The translations under genes and the position numbers were made by a program. This document shows positions 25,700 through 38,790 of a stretch of DNA of 64,000 nucleotides, piece after piece. The stretch covers positions 82,028,001-82,092,000 of the forward strand of contig CM052816.1 in assembly GCA_028534125.1 (NCBI GenBank), given 5' to 3'. The stretch is from Lama glama (lineage: Eukaryota). Positions within the stretch are counted from its first letter, which is position 1. Every line of letters starts with the position of its first letter. The notes beneath the pieces were generated by a model, which was given only the letters and a program-made list of their open reading frames with translations, was not told the DNA's origin and made no database searches.

Positions 25700-28230
25700 T
25701 TTTCCTTGAAGATGGCAGTGTAAAGATAATTGTATTAAGCTCCACTCTCTAATATCAACTGAAAGCAACACAAATTCTAACAAAAGAGTCCATCTTTAAT
25801 GAAACCAGGAGACAGACACAGTCCCAAACTATGAAGAATTGCTTCTAAATTTAGGGACATTTGGCCTCAATTCCAGGAGGATGCCAAAAGGAGATTCACA
25901 CTTGACAGTCTACGCATACACTGCAGAGTTTTCCAATAGTAGGTGGCACAGCTCGGGAGCACTTCACCAGTTACCCCTTACTGGAAACCACTAATTCCAC
26001 ATCCCACACCGAGGAACTGCAGACCAGATGGGATTGGAAGGAGAAAAATCCATTAACTTTGAAGGAAACATCCTGGAGCCATACGATGGGAATAATAGCA
26101 CTAATAACACTGTCGACAGTACCCAGGACTGATGGTTATTTGAGTGCTTACTAGGTGCTAGGCGCTGCTCTAAATGGTTTCCATGTACCAGCTCAGGTAA
26201 TCCTCACAGTAACCTTATGGCGAGGGTACTATCACGATCCCAGTCTCACTTCTCAGTTACAGAGCCTGTCCACTTAACCTCCACGCCCCGCTGCAGTTCT
26301 GTGATGCTCATGGAGTCAGCTTTCATCAGTGGCTCAATGTCAGTTGAAGGAGAATGAAAATAAGAGTCAGGTCACCACAGAGAGAACTGGAGCCTTATGG
26401 GGCTTCCCCATGAGCTGTAGAACTTTCTGCTCCCTCCCAGAAGGAGCACGGGTCATAGGGAGGAGACATGTTCTCAGAGCCAAGGCACAGCAGAGCTGAC
26501 GAGAGAGTCTCCTGAGGTGACGCGTCTGCAGCGAGGCTCCCGTGATTCTGGCTCTCTCCTTGGTTCCTTCCTGCTATGACTCTGTGAGGAAAACGGAACC
26601 AGATGGAATTGCCCTCATTTAAAAATGAGTCATAATTAGAAAGAAGCCAGCATAGACCAATGTGTAGATATTTGAAAGATAGGAACAAAAGAAAAAGAAA
26701 AAAAAATGCCAGTTGGGTGAGTGGAAGAAAAAAACACTAAAAAAAGTCAAGTCGATAATACACATCAGAGAATGAACTAAATCAGGAAGTGACTAAAATT
26801 TCAACTACTTTTCAACAAAAAGAGCAGAATCCATGGGACTCCCATAATGTTTTAAGGGTAGAAAGACAAAAATCACTGCCATAAAAGAAGACTTGATTCT
26901 GTGGGTTGAAGGTGGGTGCTATGTCCTCAGGTCTTAGGACAACTGATAACGGCAGAGTTGCTGGGCATCAGGAATAAAGAACCTGATACAGACCTTGCAG
27001 TTAGGAAAGTGCTTATTACATCGTAGACATTTAACTAACACTCAAATTAATGAATAAAACCAAGCCAGAAAATGAAGAAATCACCTATATCAAGGGAAAA
27101 CCAAGCCAGCATTAAATTTCCTAGCAGCGGTGCTAGAAAGTGGTAAGGCAATTGCTACAAAGTCTTCAGGGAAAGAAAGTGTGTTCTGAGATTTTTATAC
27201 TCAGTTAAATGTTATTCAGGTATACAGAACACAAATATATTATTTTGACAAACCAAAGAACTCAGGAAACGTGACACTCATTAACTTTTTTGGGGAAAAA
27301 TCTATTTGATTATGAAGTCCAGCCAATCAAGAGATAAGAGATAAGTGAAAATAAAGAGTCCAGGAAGAGAATAATGAAAAAACTGATACTATTTAGATAT
27401 AGCACCAGGATTAAACACCTGGGAATTATGGCATTAGAAGAAAATGCAAAGGTTATAATTTATAAAACACGGAAATAATGATCTCAGTACAATAAGCAGG
27501 AAGTCAGAAAGAAGCAGAGATGAGAGAAAGTATTTGTTTCCTCTTACTTCATTATGGAGCTTAAGAAATCCGAACAAGTGCTGGTAATTCAAATTATGAA
27601 GGTTTAAGTGTGTCATTTTAATGCATAAAGATAACACCAGAATAAATTAAAGTGGCAATATAACCAACCACATCAGTACGTGGAGGGCGTGTAAATTTGC
27701 AAGATGTATGTAGGATAATTTCCTCATCCTCCTTAGGAAAAGTTGGTAGATACTGTTTAAGGCTGATGAGTAAATTCTAAAAGTTGTCCAAATGTATTAT
27801 TCACAAGTACAAAATCTAAAAACAAAAAATTTATTATAAACATAAAGCCACACAAAAACAAAGTAGAGAAACCCAGATCACATAGGAAAATAGAGAAAAC
27901 AATACAAGTATTAAATACATAAAATATAGAACTAAGACTAAAGATAGTGTCAGATTAATAAATGTAAATGGAGCAATCTGTTGAGAGAGAATAAAAAAAC
28001 TTATTCCTCATATTGCTTAAAAAAATGTAATTCCACAAGATTAAGTGTAAAAGAGACACATCTCAAGCAAAGTAATTCAGTGAAATTGAAAATTAAAGGT
28101 GAGTGGAAACCCCCAATACAACGCCCCCTGCCAAAAAAAAAAAAAAAAAAAGGAAACCATCCTACAAGAAATCAAGGCCAATGCAAACAAAAATGGAGCA
28201 GGGGCTGCAATGTTAATGTTATCCAAGGTT
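25700..28230 (+). mobile_element. Ancient L1M/HAL1-like fragments, with a MIR inserted at ~26125-26245
   Basis: A-rich plus strand; aagtcttcagggaaagaaagtgtgttctgagatttttatactcagttaaatgttattc (ORF1-end-like) and taataaatgtaaatgga...gagacacatctcaagcaaa (ORF2-start-like). Boundaries approximate. Confidence 0.5.
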
Positions 28231-29166
28231 AATCTTAACGAAAGCTCAGAAAAGTGAACTAGTTAAGAACTGAGAAGGCGGAGTGTTGAATGAGTCACCA
28301 ACAAGGTTGCAATTGTTTCCAAGAGCAATGGAAGGAGTACCACTAAAGATGATGCTTGTTCAGTTCTTAGCATAGTGCCTGGAACTTTGTAAGTTCGCAA
28401 TGAATGCAAGCTGTCCTCTTATTTATTTGAGCCCTGCTTCTGCTCCATTTGTTCTGGTCTCTTTCAGAAATTCCATTTATCTGTACATTGAGTCTCTGTT
28501 AACTGTCTTCCAGAGGCCAAATGTCTATGCCTAGTTTTTGGTGTGGTTTGACCTCTACTCGAGGCACAAGCCCTGGAGTTGTGCCTCTCCTGTTTCTTCT
28601 GCCCATCCTGTCATCCAGCCCAGCTGCCCTTCAACTCTTTCTTAGGCAGGTTGGCCAGTGCTCATGGGTTCATAGCACAGTTGCTTCTGGATGATTTTGT
28701 AGTTCCTTTGTGACACACTTCTTGCTTTCCCCACGGTCCATTCTTTTCTTCAACACTTAGCCTTCAAATTTGGAGGATGTTGCTGGGATTTCCCCAAGAC
28801 CTCCTCTGCTTATCTTCATCTGGTTCCATCTCTACTGTATCTCTTTGAAGCCATAGATCAAGTGTTGAGACAGCTTTTCATTATTTTCAAAATCATTGTG
28901 TCACCATAACAAGGGCCTGGGAAGAAGGTTAGACATCTTTGCTCAAGTCACCGTTTTACTCTTGTATTCCTGACTCTTATTCTTCTGGGTCCATATCCTT
29001 GTTTTAGTTTCTGCTTCTGGACATTCTCTTTGGAGAGCTGTTGACTTCTCCATTTGGCCTCTGAGTCTGGCTTTTTATTCAACTCTCTACTCTGATCTTA
29101 CTCTCCCTCTTCACACTACCCTGGTCTTGGGGAAGAATCACTTATTTTAGCTCCACCCTTGTAAGG

Positions 29167-29710
29167 TGTGGTAGGAAGGATTTTATGATGGCTTCATGAC
29201 CATTGTCCCTTTGTATCACTCCCATGGTGTTAAATGATAAAAAAAGAGTATCTGAGTAGCCTGATCAAATCACAGGAACCCTTTAAAAGCAGAGAGTTTT
29301 CTCTGGCTGGTGGCAGAAGGGGAAGCCATAGAGAGTCTAAAGCATGAGGATTCAATGCACCATTGCTAGCTTTGAAGATGGAAGGGGCCATATACCAAGG
29401 AATGTAGGTGGCCTCTAGAAGCTGACAGTAGCCTAGCTGACAGCAGGTTAGTAATTGGGGATGTCGGTCCTACAGCTACAAGGAACTGGATTCTGCCAAC
29501 ACCCCAAATGAACTTGGAAGCAAATTTTTTCCCCAGAGCTTCCATATAAGAGCCCAGACCAGCTGACACCTGATTACATCTTTATGAGACCCCGAGGAGA
29601 GAACATAGGCATGCCATGCCTGACTTCAGACCCAGAACTCTGAGTTAATAATTGGGTGTTTTGTCACTAAGTCTGTAATAATTTTTACACAGCAATGGAA
29701 AACTAATACA
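29167..29710 (+). mobile_element. MLT1E-type MaLR solo LTR, full length
   Basis: tgtggtaggaaggatt...ccctttaaaagcagagag...aaggaactggattctgccaac...cagcaatggaaaactaataca; flanks taagg / taagc give a 4/5 TSD match. Confidence 0.88.
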
Positions 29711-29990
29711 TAAGCATCACTCACTAGCTTAAATATGTTCCAGAGGAAAATCTAACCATAAATTCTGCTTGGGAATAAGTAAGGGAATATTGCAATGTTT
29801 TGCAAACAGAGGTTGAACCAAAATAGGACACTAACCCTTTCTCCATGCCTACCCTTAGCCTAGACCAGAAGAGCTGGTAGTCATCCTAGCCTCTTCCTCA
29901 GTCAACAAGTTCTGTTACTTGTCCTTCCCAAATATCTCTTCTATTTTTTTTTATTCTTGCTGAGTGATCTTATTTAGAAAACTTCATCAC

Positions 29991-30173
29991 TTTTTTAATT
30001 TTAATTTTTTCTATTGAGATACAATAGACATATAAGGTTATATTAGCTTTAAGTGTACAGCATAGTGATTTGAATTTACATATATAACAAAATAAATCTA
30101 GTAAACATCTATCACCAACATAGTTACACATTTGTGTGTGTGTGATGAGAAGCTTTAAGACCTACTCTCTTAG
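29991..30173 (-). mobile_element. L1MA-like 3' end inserted in older L2 sequence (~29820-30500)
   Basis: T-rich tail, then attgagatacaatagacatataa...gtgtacagcatagtgattt...gtgatgagaagctttaagacctactctcttag. Confidence 0.75.
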
Positions 30174-32426
30174 ATGTCATTACTTACAGAGGCTGTAATA
30201 ACCTCCTAATTCAGTTCTCTACATTGCTCTTGTTTGGAAGTTTCTGAATCCCTAATTTGATTATGTCATTCTTCTACTCCATCTCCTTCAAGGATATCCT
30301 ACAGCCTTCAGGAGAAAATCCACACTCCTTGGCACAGTATTTCCAGCTAGATTTCTCCCACCTTGGCTTTAATCATACTAAACTGTGTGCCTTTGCCACA
30401 GGGAAGCTGATTTTTGCACCACTCTGTGCTTGGAAGACTATTGCCAATTTCGTCTGGAAATTTGCTGTTCATTCTTAAAACTCACCATCCTTTCCCAGAA
30501 AGTGTTTTGTGAGGTAGATATGGGCTCTTCTCACATGGGGTCCTCTTCATTAGATAGGTGGGCACCTTAATAGGGGCTTTCTTCCCTTCGTCACTGACAG
30601 ATCCTGACAAGCACTTTCTGAGATATGCAGCGGGACCCTGGATTTAGACCCAGGTTATGCAGACGTGCATCAGACAGGGTCTAGTCCAGGCCCACAAATG
30701 TAGCTCATTCTTTACTGTTGTCTTAGGGTATGACTAGCTTCAGAGCAGAGATGGGGCATTTTGCATGGGAAACTCAGAGGTGTCTGGGAAAGATGGTCTA
30801 CTCACTCCTCTGTTTCTTCTCACTGAAATTTGAGTCTGTGGAGAACTTGGCGTTTACAGGCTTGAACTGATGGATGTCTAGTGATGGGGAAGGACAGCAA
30901 GGCTTTTAGGTGCTGCTAAAATGGCCTTGGACGGGTTCACATGGGGCCCTGGGAAGTGGTTACATGAGAACAGAAAGGGCTGGTTACTTAGATCAGGGAG
31001 TAGCAAAGAGATCTGATGTGAAGGCCTTGGCTGGTCTCCTTCCTACTGAGGGAACAGCCTCCTGGAGCTATTACTGCTTTGTAGCTAGAAGCATAGGGTC
31101 TTTGTTCCATGTATGGTGCTTTGGAACAATCTGCCACAGCCAGCTTCTACTCCTCAGAACATCTCCTCCATGTTGGAGTTGGGATGATGGGAGGGACTTC
31201 CTCCTGCCACCAGCATGTTGGTGTTCAAGCAGAGCTCTCTGGGATTTGACCACTGACCATTGTTTGCACCCCAAACTATGACTTTTATGGTTTTCTTAGT
31301 AACATTCTGTTTGGGTGAATAACAGAAACAAAAGGAACCTTTTCTTTCCTTACTCTGCAAAATATTGCAGACAAACTAAGTAACTCTATAAGTAACAGAA
31401 ACAAAGTTGAGCTACCTAAAGCATTTGTCAAATCAGCTGTGGTCCGGAGACCCCAGTCACACTGGTGTGGGATTGTCAGTCCTCAGGTGACCAAGGCTGG
31501 GCAGGTGTCTCTGCAGGTGTCTACAACAATATCCATTGTTTCACCTGTTTGTCTCTCCAACCAGCTTATAAACATTTGAAAGTCATTCATCTTTTTTTCT
31601 GTTTCTAGTGAGTATCTCACTCCTGATAGGCAATTCAGCAATGTTAAACCAATTTTTAAAATGCAGGTCTTTATAGCTTGCATTTGTATTCATATGTATT
31701 ATTGTCATACTTGGTTTTACAGAGATAACATGCATTCTCAAAGAATGATGAACTCTGATAATTAAATATGCTCCTTAATTACAAGTTATTTTGATACTTG
31801 AGAAAAATATTTGATGTGGGTTCATTGGTAACATGATTTTGTCTAATCAAATGGAATACTATGAAAGTTATAATAAAAACACTGCTCTATCAGCACATCT
31901 AAGGTATACTGTTTTCCTCCAAATTTGGAGATTATCTAAAAAAAAGTTACAAGGCTTGCCTCCATACAAAGTACAGAAACAAGAAAATAATTTAAAAATA
32001 TGAATTAAATGACTATACACATTTGGCTCCATCAAACACTATACCAATGAAAATGCTTAACTATTTACTTTGTATAACAGTCCATCTAATTTTATGAAAG
32101 GAATTAATAATTTATATGGTAAAAGAAAGATACTAGTACTTTGGGCTAATTTTAAAATTTTACTACGAATAGGAAAAATGCTTTTTGTAAACCTTTTTTA
32201 TTTTCTCACTCTATGCAAGATAATGGAAAATAAAAGACTGAAGTACTTACAGGCATGACTCAATATATCCAATTCTGTAAATGGAAAGGTAGCCTATTAA
32301 TTTCACCTTGGGAGTTTATGAACTCAAGCCACACAACAGCCTAATGAGAAGAGCATCCGTTATGGGTAAAATAGCTAGAGAAATCAAGTCATTTTTTTCT
32401 CTTAACTGCTACGACTATTTACACAC

Positions 32427-32561
32427 TTTTTTTTTTTTTCGGTGGGGAGAGGTAATTAGGTTTACTTATTTATTTATTCTTAGAGGAAGTACTGGGGATT
32501 GAACCCAGGACCTCGTCCATGCTAAGCACACACTCTCCCACTTGAGCTACTCCCTCCCCCC
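32427..32561 (-). mobile_element. tRNA-derived SINE (Vic-1-like)
   Basis: poly-T, ggtaattaggttt, gtactggggattgaacccaggacctc...cttgagctactccctccccc. Confidence 0.88.
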
Positions 32562-34599
32562 ATACCCATATTTTAAATGAACAATCCTGAACCATTCCCA
32601 GCATGAAAGTATTTAACAACTCTTTCAGGAGAAGCAAGAATCCTACTCTTTTAAATCTCTGACAGGGCTTTGCAAAGAACTTTGCATGGAGCAGGTGTAT
32701 GACCAAGGCTTTGAGAAATGACTGAATAAATGAATGCAGAAACAAAGAAAAGAGTGAGCTGAAAACAAAACCCACATTAAATGTCTTGGGTGTCTGGGAC
32801 GTTGAGAGTAAACTTGGAACAAAATAGTTTTTAGACGTAAAAGGCCACCCATTTCATTAACCTTTTTTTTGGAAAATTAATATTTTTATCTAAACCAGTG
32901 ATTATTTTTTTTCCCTAGCTTAAACTTTCCGGTGCTGTGCCTCAGTGATCTTTCATTATCACAGCCTCACCTCAACAATAGACCGACAGGCATAAGAAGC
33001 CAAATGCAGAAAACAATGTTTTCTTTTTACAGAGAGCCAAAAATTCAGACCTTAATGCCAAATCTTTAAAAAAAAATAGTTACCTAACTTTTGAAAGAAA
33101 AATAAATGTTTTCAAAGCTGCTTGATGAGACTTCTTCCACCAGTTTTGATTGTGCAGCAGTTTTCCGTGGACCACACTAATATCCTGAACATTCTGTTTG
33201 CTCAGCACCATCCTCCTCTCCGTCTTCATGTATTCAGAGGAGATGAGCGTTGCCTTTCAGTGTGTATAGAACACTTGTCCCCCAGGTATTCAACCTCTTT
33301 TCTCCTTATTAAGAAGCCCAGATGCAATATTCAGCACTAAAACCAAATTAAACCAAACACACACACATTCTCTCTCTCTGATGTCTTTTCCTGAGTCACC
33401 ATCCGATGTTGTACCGTAAGGATTTAAAGGTCAATATATGTGATAGCTCCACTGAGGATCATGACTATGTGGGATCATTGCAAACATGAAAAGGTGCTTT
33501 ATACACTCGCTGTCTGCAAGTGAATGTGAAAGCATGGGAATTAAGATACAAAAGCTAGGAGACTATTACAGTTGTCACACTTGATTACTTTTAGACACAA
33601 CTTGACATTCCTGAAGAATAGATATGAAAGAATAACTGTTCTTCAAAGACATAAAAACTCACTCATTCATGTTTTCAATAAATATTCATCAGGAACCTAC
33701 TGTGTACATAATGGGGCAGTTACACTGATGGATATCGAAGATCTATAACATACCATATTGACCATGTATGTATCATTTCTTAGAGGGCTTTGCCAACAAG
33801 GTAGAAATAAGGAGGGCTGGTTGCTGTAAATGGTGTTGAAAATGATTCTTTACATACAGTAGTAACATGACCAGGCATACCTTTAACAAACTTGTCCCCC
33901 TAAAGATACATTATATATTACTTGCCAATAACCAAGGAGGATTTAAAAAGACTCTTTGATGGAGGAAATAGACCTAGACCAAATTTGATGAAAAACAGAT
34001 AATCTGAGCACTGATGCTTAAAAAAATTTCCAAGTGAAATGACTTGATTATAGGTCAGTAAAAACAGGTCATTTGTTTTCTGAGATAATCATACAGTTTA
34101 AAACCAAAGGTGCCAGTGCAATGCAACATTGGGATCCCATTTTTAGAAGGATTTTTTTTTTTGCATGTATAGGAAGCTGTTCATTCTCTAAGGACCTAGT
34201 GAATAGCCTTTGAAATTAAGCAAACAAGAATAATCAAATAGGTTGTTTAAGAGAATCATTTAAAGGCTTTTTCTATGATGAAACGTGATCTTCCAAACTG
34301 TGAACTAGATTGTCAAGAGACTGAAATTTTAACACTGCTGAATGTCATTGAATTGTTCTGTAAAATTTAGTATTACTATTTCCCTTAATTTCTTATGCAT
34401 CTTACAAGTTTGATGGAAAGGTGAACGGCTATATATCACATTACATCTTTTTGGCTTTGGGGGAAAAAGGGGATGATTCAAACTTTAATCACATCAGGCC
34501 ATAGGTTGGAGCTACTATAAATTCATGGTCTGAATACTAACTTGGATCTTAAGGCTACCTGGAAAGCCTTGTCTTTTCAGTCATCTCTCTCTCCTGTTC

Positions 34600-36060
34600 T
34601 CCATGCAGGTAGCTATGCCTGCTTTACAGAAAATACAGAGCCTCCTGACCCTAAATCTGTCATCTTATGAGTGCCTCACATCCTTGCCATCATACTCTCT
34701 CACCACTTCCGGAGAGAGTGGGCAAAGGTCACTGACTTCACATCCTTACCCGTGACACCCTTGCTAATGTCCCTTCTCCACTGAAATTGCTGTAGCCAAG
34801 GTCATCCACTATCTCCTCTTCTCTTTGTCCACTGGAAACTCTTCAGTCCTTACCTTAGTTGACCCCTGGGTAACATTTGATACTGTTGACTTTTCCATCC
34901 TTGTTGTAACTCTTTCCCTAAGTTGGAAACAACTCCCCTGCTTTCCTCCTAGTTCTTGAGAAAATCTGTCTCAGTCTACTTAGCGGGGCTCTTTTGGTTT
35001 TGTTTATTCCTTAAATCCTGGTGTTTGGATAGGTCTTGTCTTATTCCTTGTGTGTCTCTCCACACACACCCTACAGCCTCTCCCTGCACAGCCTCATCCT
35101 TTCCTTTGCCTGAAATTGTTATTATTATTGTTGCTGGCTCTTAAAGCTGCATGTACATCCCAAGTTGCTTACCTTAAACTTCAGATCCATATATTCAACT
35201 GCTGCCTGACTTTTCCAGAATGTCACATGAATACCTCAAACTTAGCATGCTCAAATCGAACAGACCATCTTTCTTTCAAATCCTTTGCATTTCCTGGACC
35301 CTCTCTATGAAAGTGCCACAAACCCATGGATGCTCACTCCAGAAACATGTAGGAATGGTCCACAATCTAGTCAATGGGCAAAGTTGTTCTAAATCTCTCA
35401 TGAATCCATGGACATAAAAATAAAATTACTATCACTTCCATACTAGTACCAGCAATTTTCACATCCCGTCTGAATTACCACGCTAGCCTCCTATTGTCTC
35501 CTTGCTTGTAATTCCATCTCCCTCCCAAGCCTTTTTCCACACAGCAGCCAGAGTTATCTTGCAAAAGAAAATCTTATCATGTCACTCCCCTTCTTCAGCT
35601 CTTACAATGGCTTCCATTTAGAGTAAAGTTCCAGCTCTTTGCAGTGTCTTACATTGCCCTTCACCTCCTCGCCGCCACTCTCCTCTCTCATCCCTCACCA
35701 TTCTCCCCCTTGCACTATGCTCTGATCAGACCAAACTTTGAAAGTTATCTAAATGTACCACGGTCTCTGTCAATTTTAAGTCTTCCCACAGGCTGTTCAT
35801 TTTGTTCGGATGTTCTTTTTCTCTTCTCATGCCTATTTTTTCACCACTTAGCATAATTTATTTCTCTCCAAATTCATGATCTGTGTCCAGAGTCCCCCAC
35901 CCCCCGTATGTCTATCATAGCACTTCATTGTAACTGCTTATTTAAGTATTTATTCCTTTTTTTTCTGGAGACTATAAACCCCGAGTGTCTATCATGTTCA
36001 AAGTTGTAGTCTCAAACATCTATCACCATAAATATTTATTCATATTTGCTGATGGATTAA
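34600..36060 (+). mobile_element. L2 LINE, degraded
   Basis: cactgaaattgctgtagccaaggtcatcc..., atccatatattcaactgctgcctgac..., ttccacacagcagccagagttatctt...atcatgtcactcccc. Confidence 0.75.
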
Positions 36061-36549
36061 TTTAAAAGATGAAAGGAAGATGAATGAGTAGCAACTTACT
36101 TAGCAGAATGGAGACACTGAAGCCTAATTTCTAGTGCAGGGTGGGTCTATAATACATAAGAAGCAAGCTGAATCATAATGCAAAACTCAGGCAAAGTTAA
36201 GGCGCAGAGTTGCCAGGTACCTCTGATTGCCAGGGTGTGGTTTGGCTGGACACAGACTGACTGTGAATCTGTATCAGAAGCAGTTAGTCTCCAGACCCTC
36301 TTTTGTACCCTGCACATCCAGGCAACTTTTTTTCACTGTTCTTTTCTCATCCCAGCAGAAGGCAGGGGGTTTCTTCTCTAGAAACACTGAATCAGAGAGA
36401 TCCTGTGCTCAGGAACAACAGGTACAACTGAGGGCAGGGAGAAGGGCTGTGCCTTAAAGGTCTATTACATGAACATCTACATTCTGAACATTGGGTCCAG
36501 TTCCTTCCCAGTGTAAAGGTTTCCTAATACTGGAAACCAGGATTGGGCC

Positions 36550-37560
36550 CTGGGGGAGAAGATTGGAGGAATCCTCTCAGTGGAAACTGACTGACCCAAG
36601 GAGAAACATTCATGAATGCTGACATGTGAGTGCTCTACTGAAACCATCAATTTCTTTCTATTACCCTATGTGGAGACCCACCAGTTGACACCTAGAGCTT
36701 CTAATTAGCTTTTCAGTACCTTACTATAAACTTGAACAAAGAGCTAAGGATTGCTAGACATTCGAGGAAGACTTTGAATGTGGAAGACAAAGACCAAAGC
36801 AGACAGATAAGCAACCAGGAGTAGAAGAAAATGTGTTTAAAAATTATGATGTCAGAGAGATGGAGAGTTTCTGGAATGACACTGCAAGCAAAAAGAAAAA
36901 AGAAAATTGACAGGTTATCTTACATGCTTGAGAGAAATTTAAGAATCATGTCAAGAAGTTCGTGGCTAAATTATGACAGGTATGTAGAAAACTAATTTAA
37001 AAAAGAGGCAATGAATAATTTCAGGGAAAAATAAATTGAACAAGAAAGGAAAGGAAATCACAATACAGTGTGTAAGGTTCAACTGGGAGTAATGTTTCCC
37101 TAGAGTAATAATGTAAATTCTTAATCTCCAGTCGTGCTCTAACTATATCAGAAGGATAGGGGAGAAGTGAGCGTGTGTGTGTTTGCATGTTTGTGTGTCT
37201 GTGGAGGGAGAGGCTGTACTAAATCTAAATCCTTTCTCTCCATGGTGGGGAGTCTGTCGAGAATGTTCAGAACTGTAAACCCTCAAAACAGTAGTATTAA
37301 GTTGAACCATCTGAAATTGCTAACGTTAACCACTTTCACCTCCAAAAATTGCGATTTCTTGTGATTCAACCTAACAAGCATTATTTAGAAATACAGGAGT
37401 AAATACTGGAAGAATGATCTGGAACAGTTGAGGGGGATTACGTCTGGGTAAGGGGATGAGGGTGGAGTGGCAAGTTTTTGCTATAAGCTTTACAGAACTT
37501 CTTGGCATTTTAGACTATATACATGTGTTCATTTAATAAAAATTAAAACTAATAAAAGAA
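36550..37560 (+). mobile_element. Ancient L1ME-like fragments
   Basis: A-rich; ends actatatacatgtgttcatttaataaaaattaaaa like an L1ME 3' end. Confidence 0.45.
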
Positions 37561-38282
37561 TGAATAAATGGCTTACTTCCAGATTACCTGAGTGAAAAGA
37601 CCCCATTTTACTGGGAGGAATGATTAACAGCAGTAATTGATCTGATTGTGCTCACCTTTTCTCCTTCAAGGAATTTTACCTCTTAAAAAATGACTGTTAG
37701 GAGAGCTTTCTCTGAAAAGACAGAAATAGTCTGTTCTAATAGCCCCTTTAGAACTTTAATTGGAAATTTGGTTGTGTCTTCTTCCAATTAAGCTAATTGA
37801 AGTGAAACTTTGACTGGGCCCAGGGAGAGGAGGAGTTCCTCAGCCGAGGCTCACAGAGTAACAGCTGGCTTTAATAAGAGAAATAGCAGCCAGTGCTGAA
37901 GAAGAGTGGTGAACTGACTCCATAGGGATTTCAGTTATTTACTTATTGACCACCACGTGCAGGGAGAGTAGCCAGAAAAGTTCTGGAAAAAAAAGGTGGG
38001 AGAGTGAAGAGCTTCACTTGAGGTTTTAAATAAATGTGTCTGAATTACTCCTGGTGTTTTAATTGGAAACTTGCAAGTTTTTCTGGGGGGGGGGCACCTG
38101 TTTTAATACCTTTATCATTCGCTGGGGAAGTACATGCTTTGCATTCAATAGGTAAAGGAAAGTTGGAAGGCATGTGCAAAAGGATTAGCACTTCCGTCCC
38201 TCCTCGTTACTTCCAGAACCTTCTTTGTGGTCAAGCTGATCTACCCAAAGCTCCTGGAGCATGCCTTTGCCTTTGTCACCTC

Positions 38283-38790
38283 AGCAGTGTTACTTCTACC
38301 TCAAAATCTGGTGTGCATCAGAATCACTGGGGAACTTGCTATAAATGCAGAGTCCCAGTCCTGTCTTCACTTTCTCCGTGACATCTTTTAATACATTAGA
38401 CACAATACACACAGTATCTGTTTATGGTCTCAGACGAGCTGCAGCCCAAAAAGATTTTTAAAACTCTAAATTAAAAAAAGGTGGCAGGGAGGTGGGGGAG
38501 GGGGTGCTTCAAAATGCAGAAGGAAAATTGCAAAAATGAAATCAATAAAAATCTAATGTAATAATAATGTTGTGTAAACCAGTGAACTGCAAAATGATTC
38601 ACATCTTCAAGGTGAAGTGTGGGTATATTTTACTGTGTTTAATATAATGAAGGTGGAGCCTCCAAACTTGGGAGGATGCCTGCAGCCTGTGGCGTACATA
38701 ACATAGCCCTGATTATTTCTGGAGTGGGATGGGAGAATTTGCATTTTAGAGAGGCATTCCAGTGACTTTGCTTTAGAGCCTGGTACTTCT
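38283..38790. mobile_element. MER5-type hAT element split by a nested MER91-like insertion (~38356-38711)
   Basis: tgcatcagaatcactggggaacttgctataaatgcagagtccc ... ctggagtgggatgggagaatttgcatttta are the two MER5 halves; the inner element ends gccctg. Confidence 0.55.
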
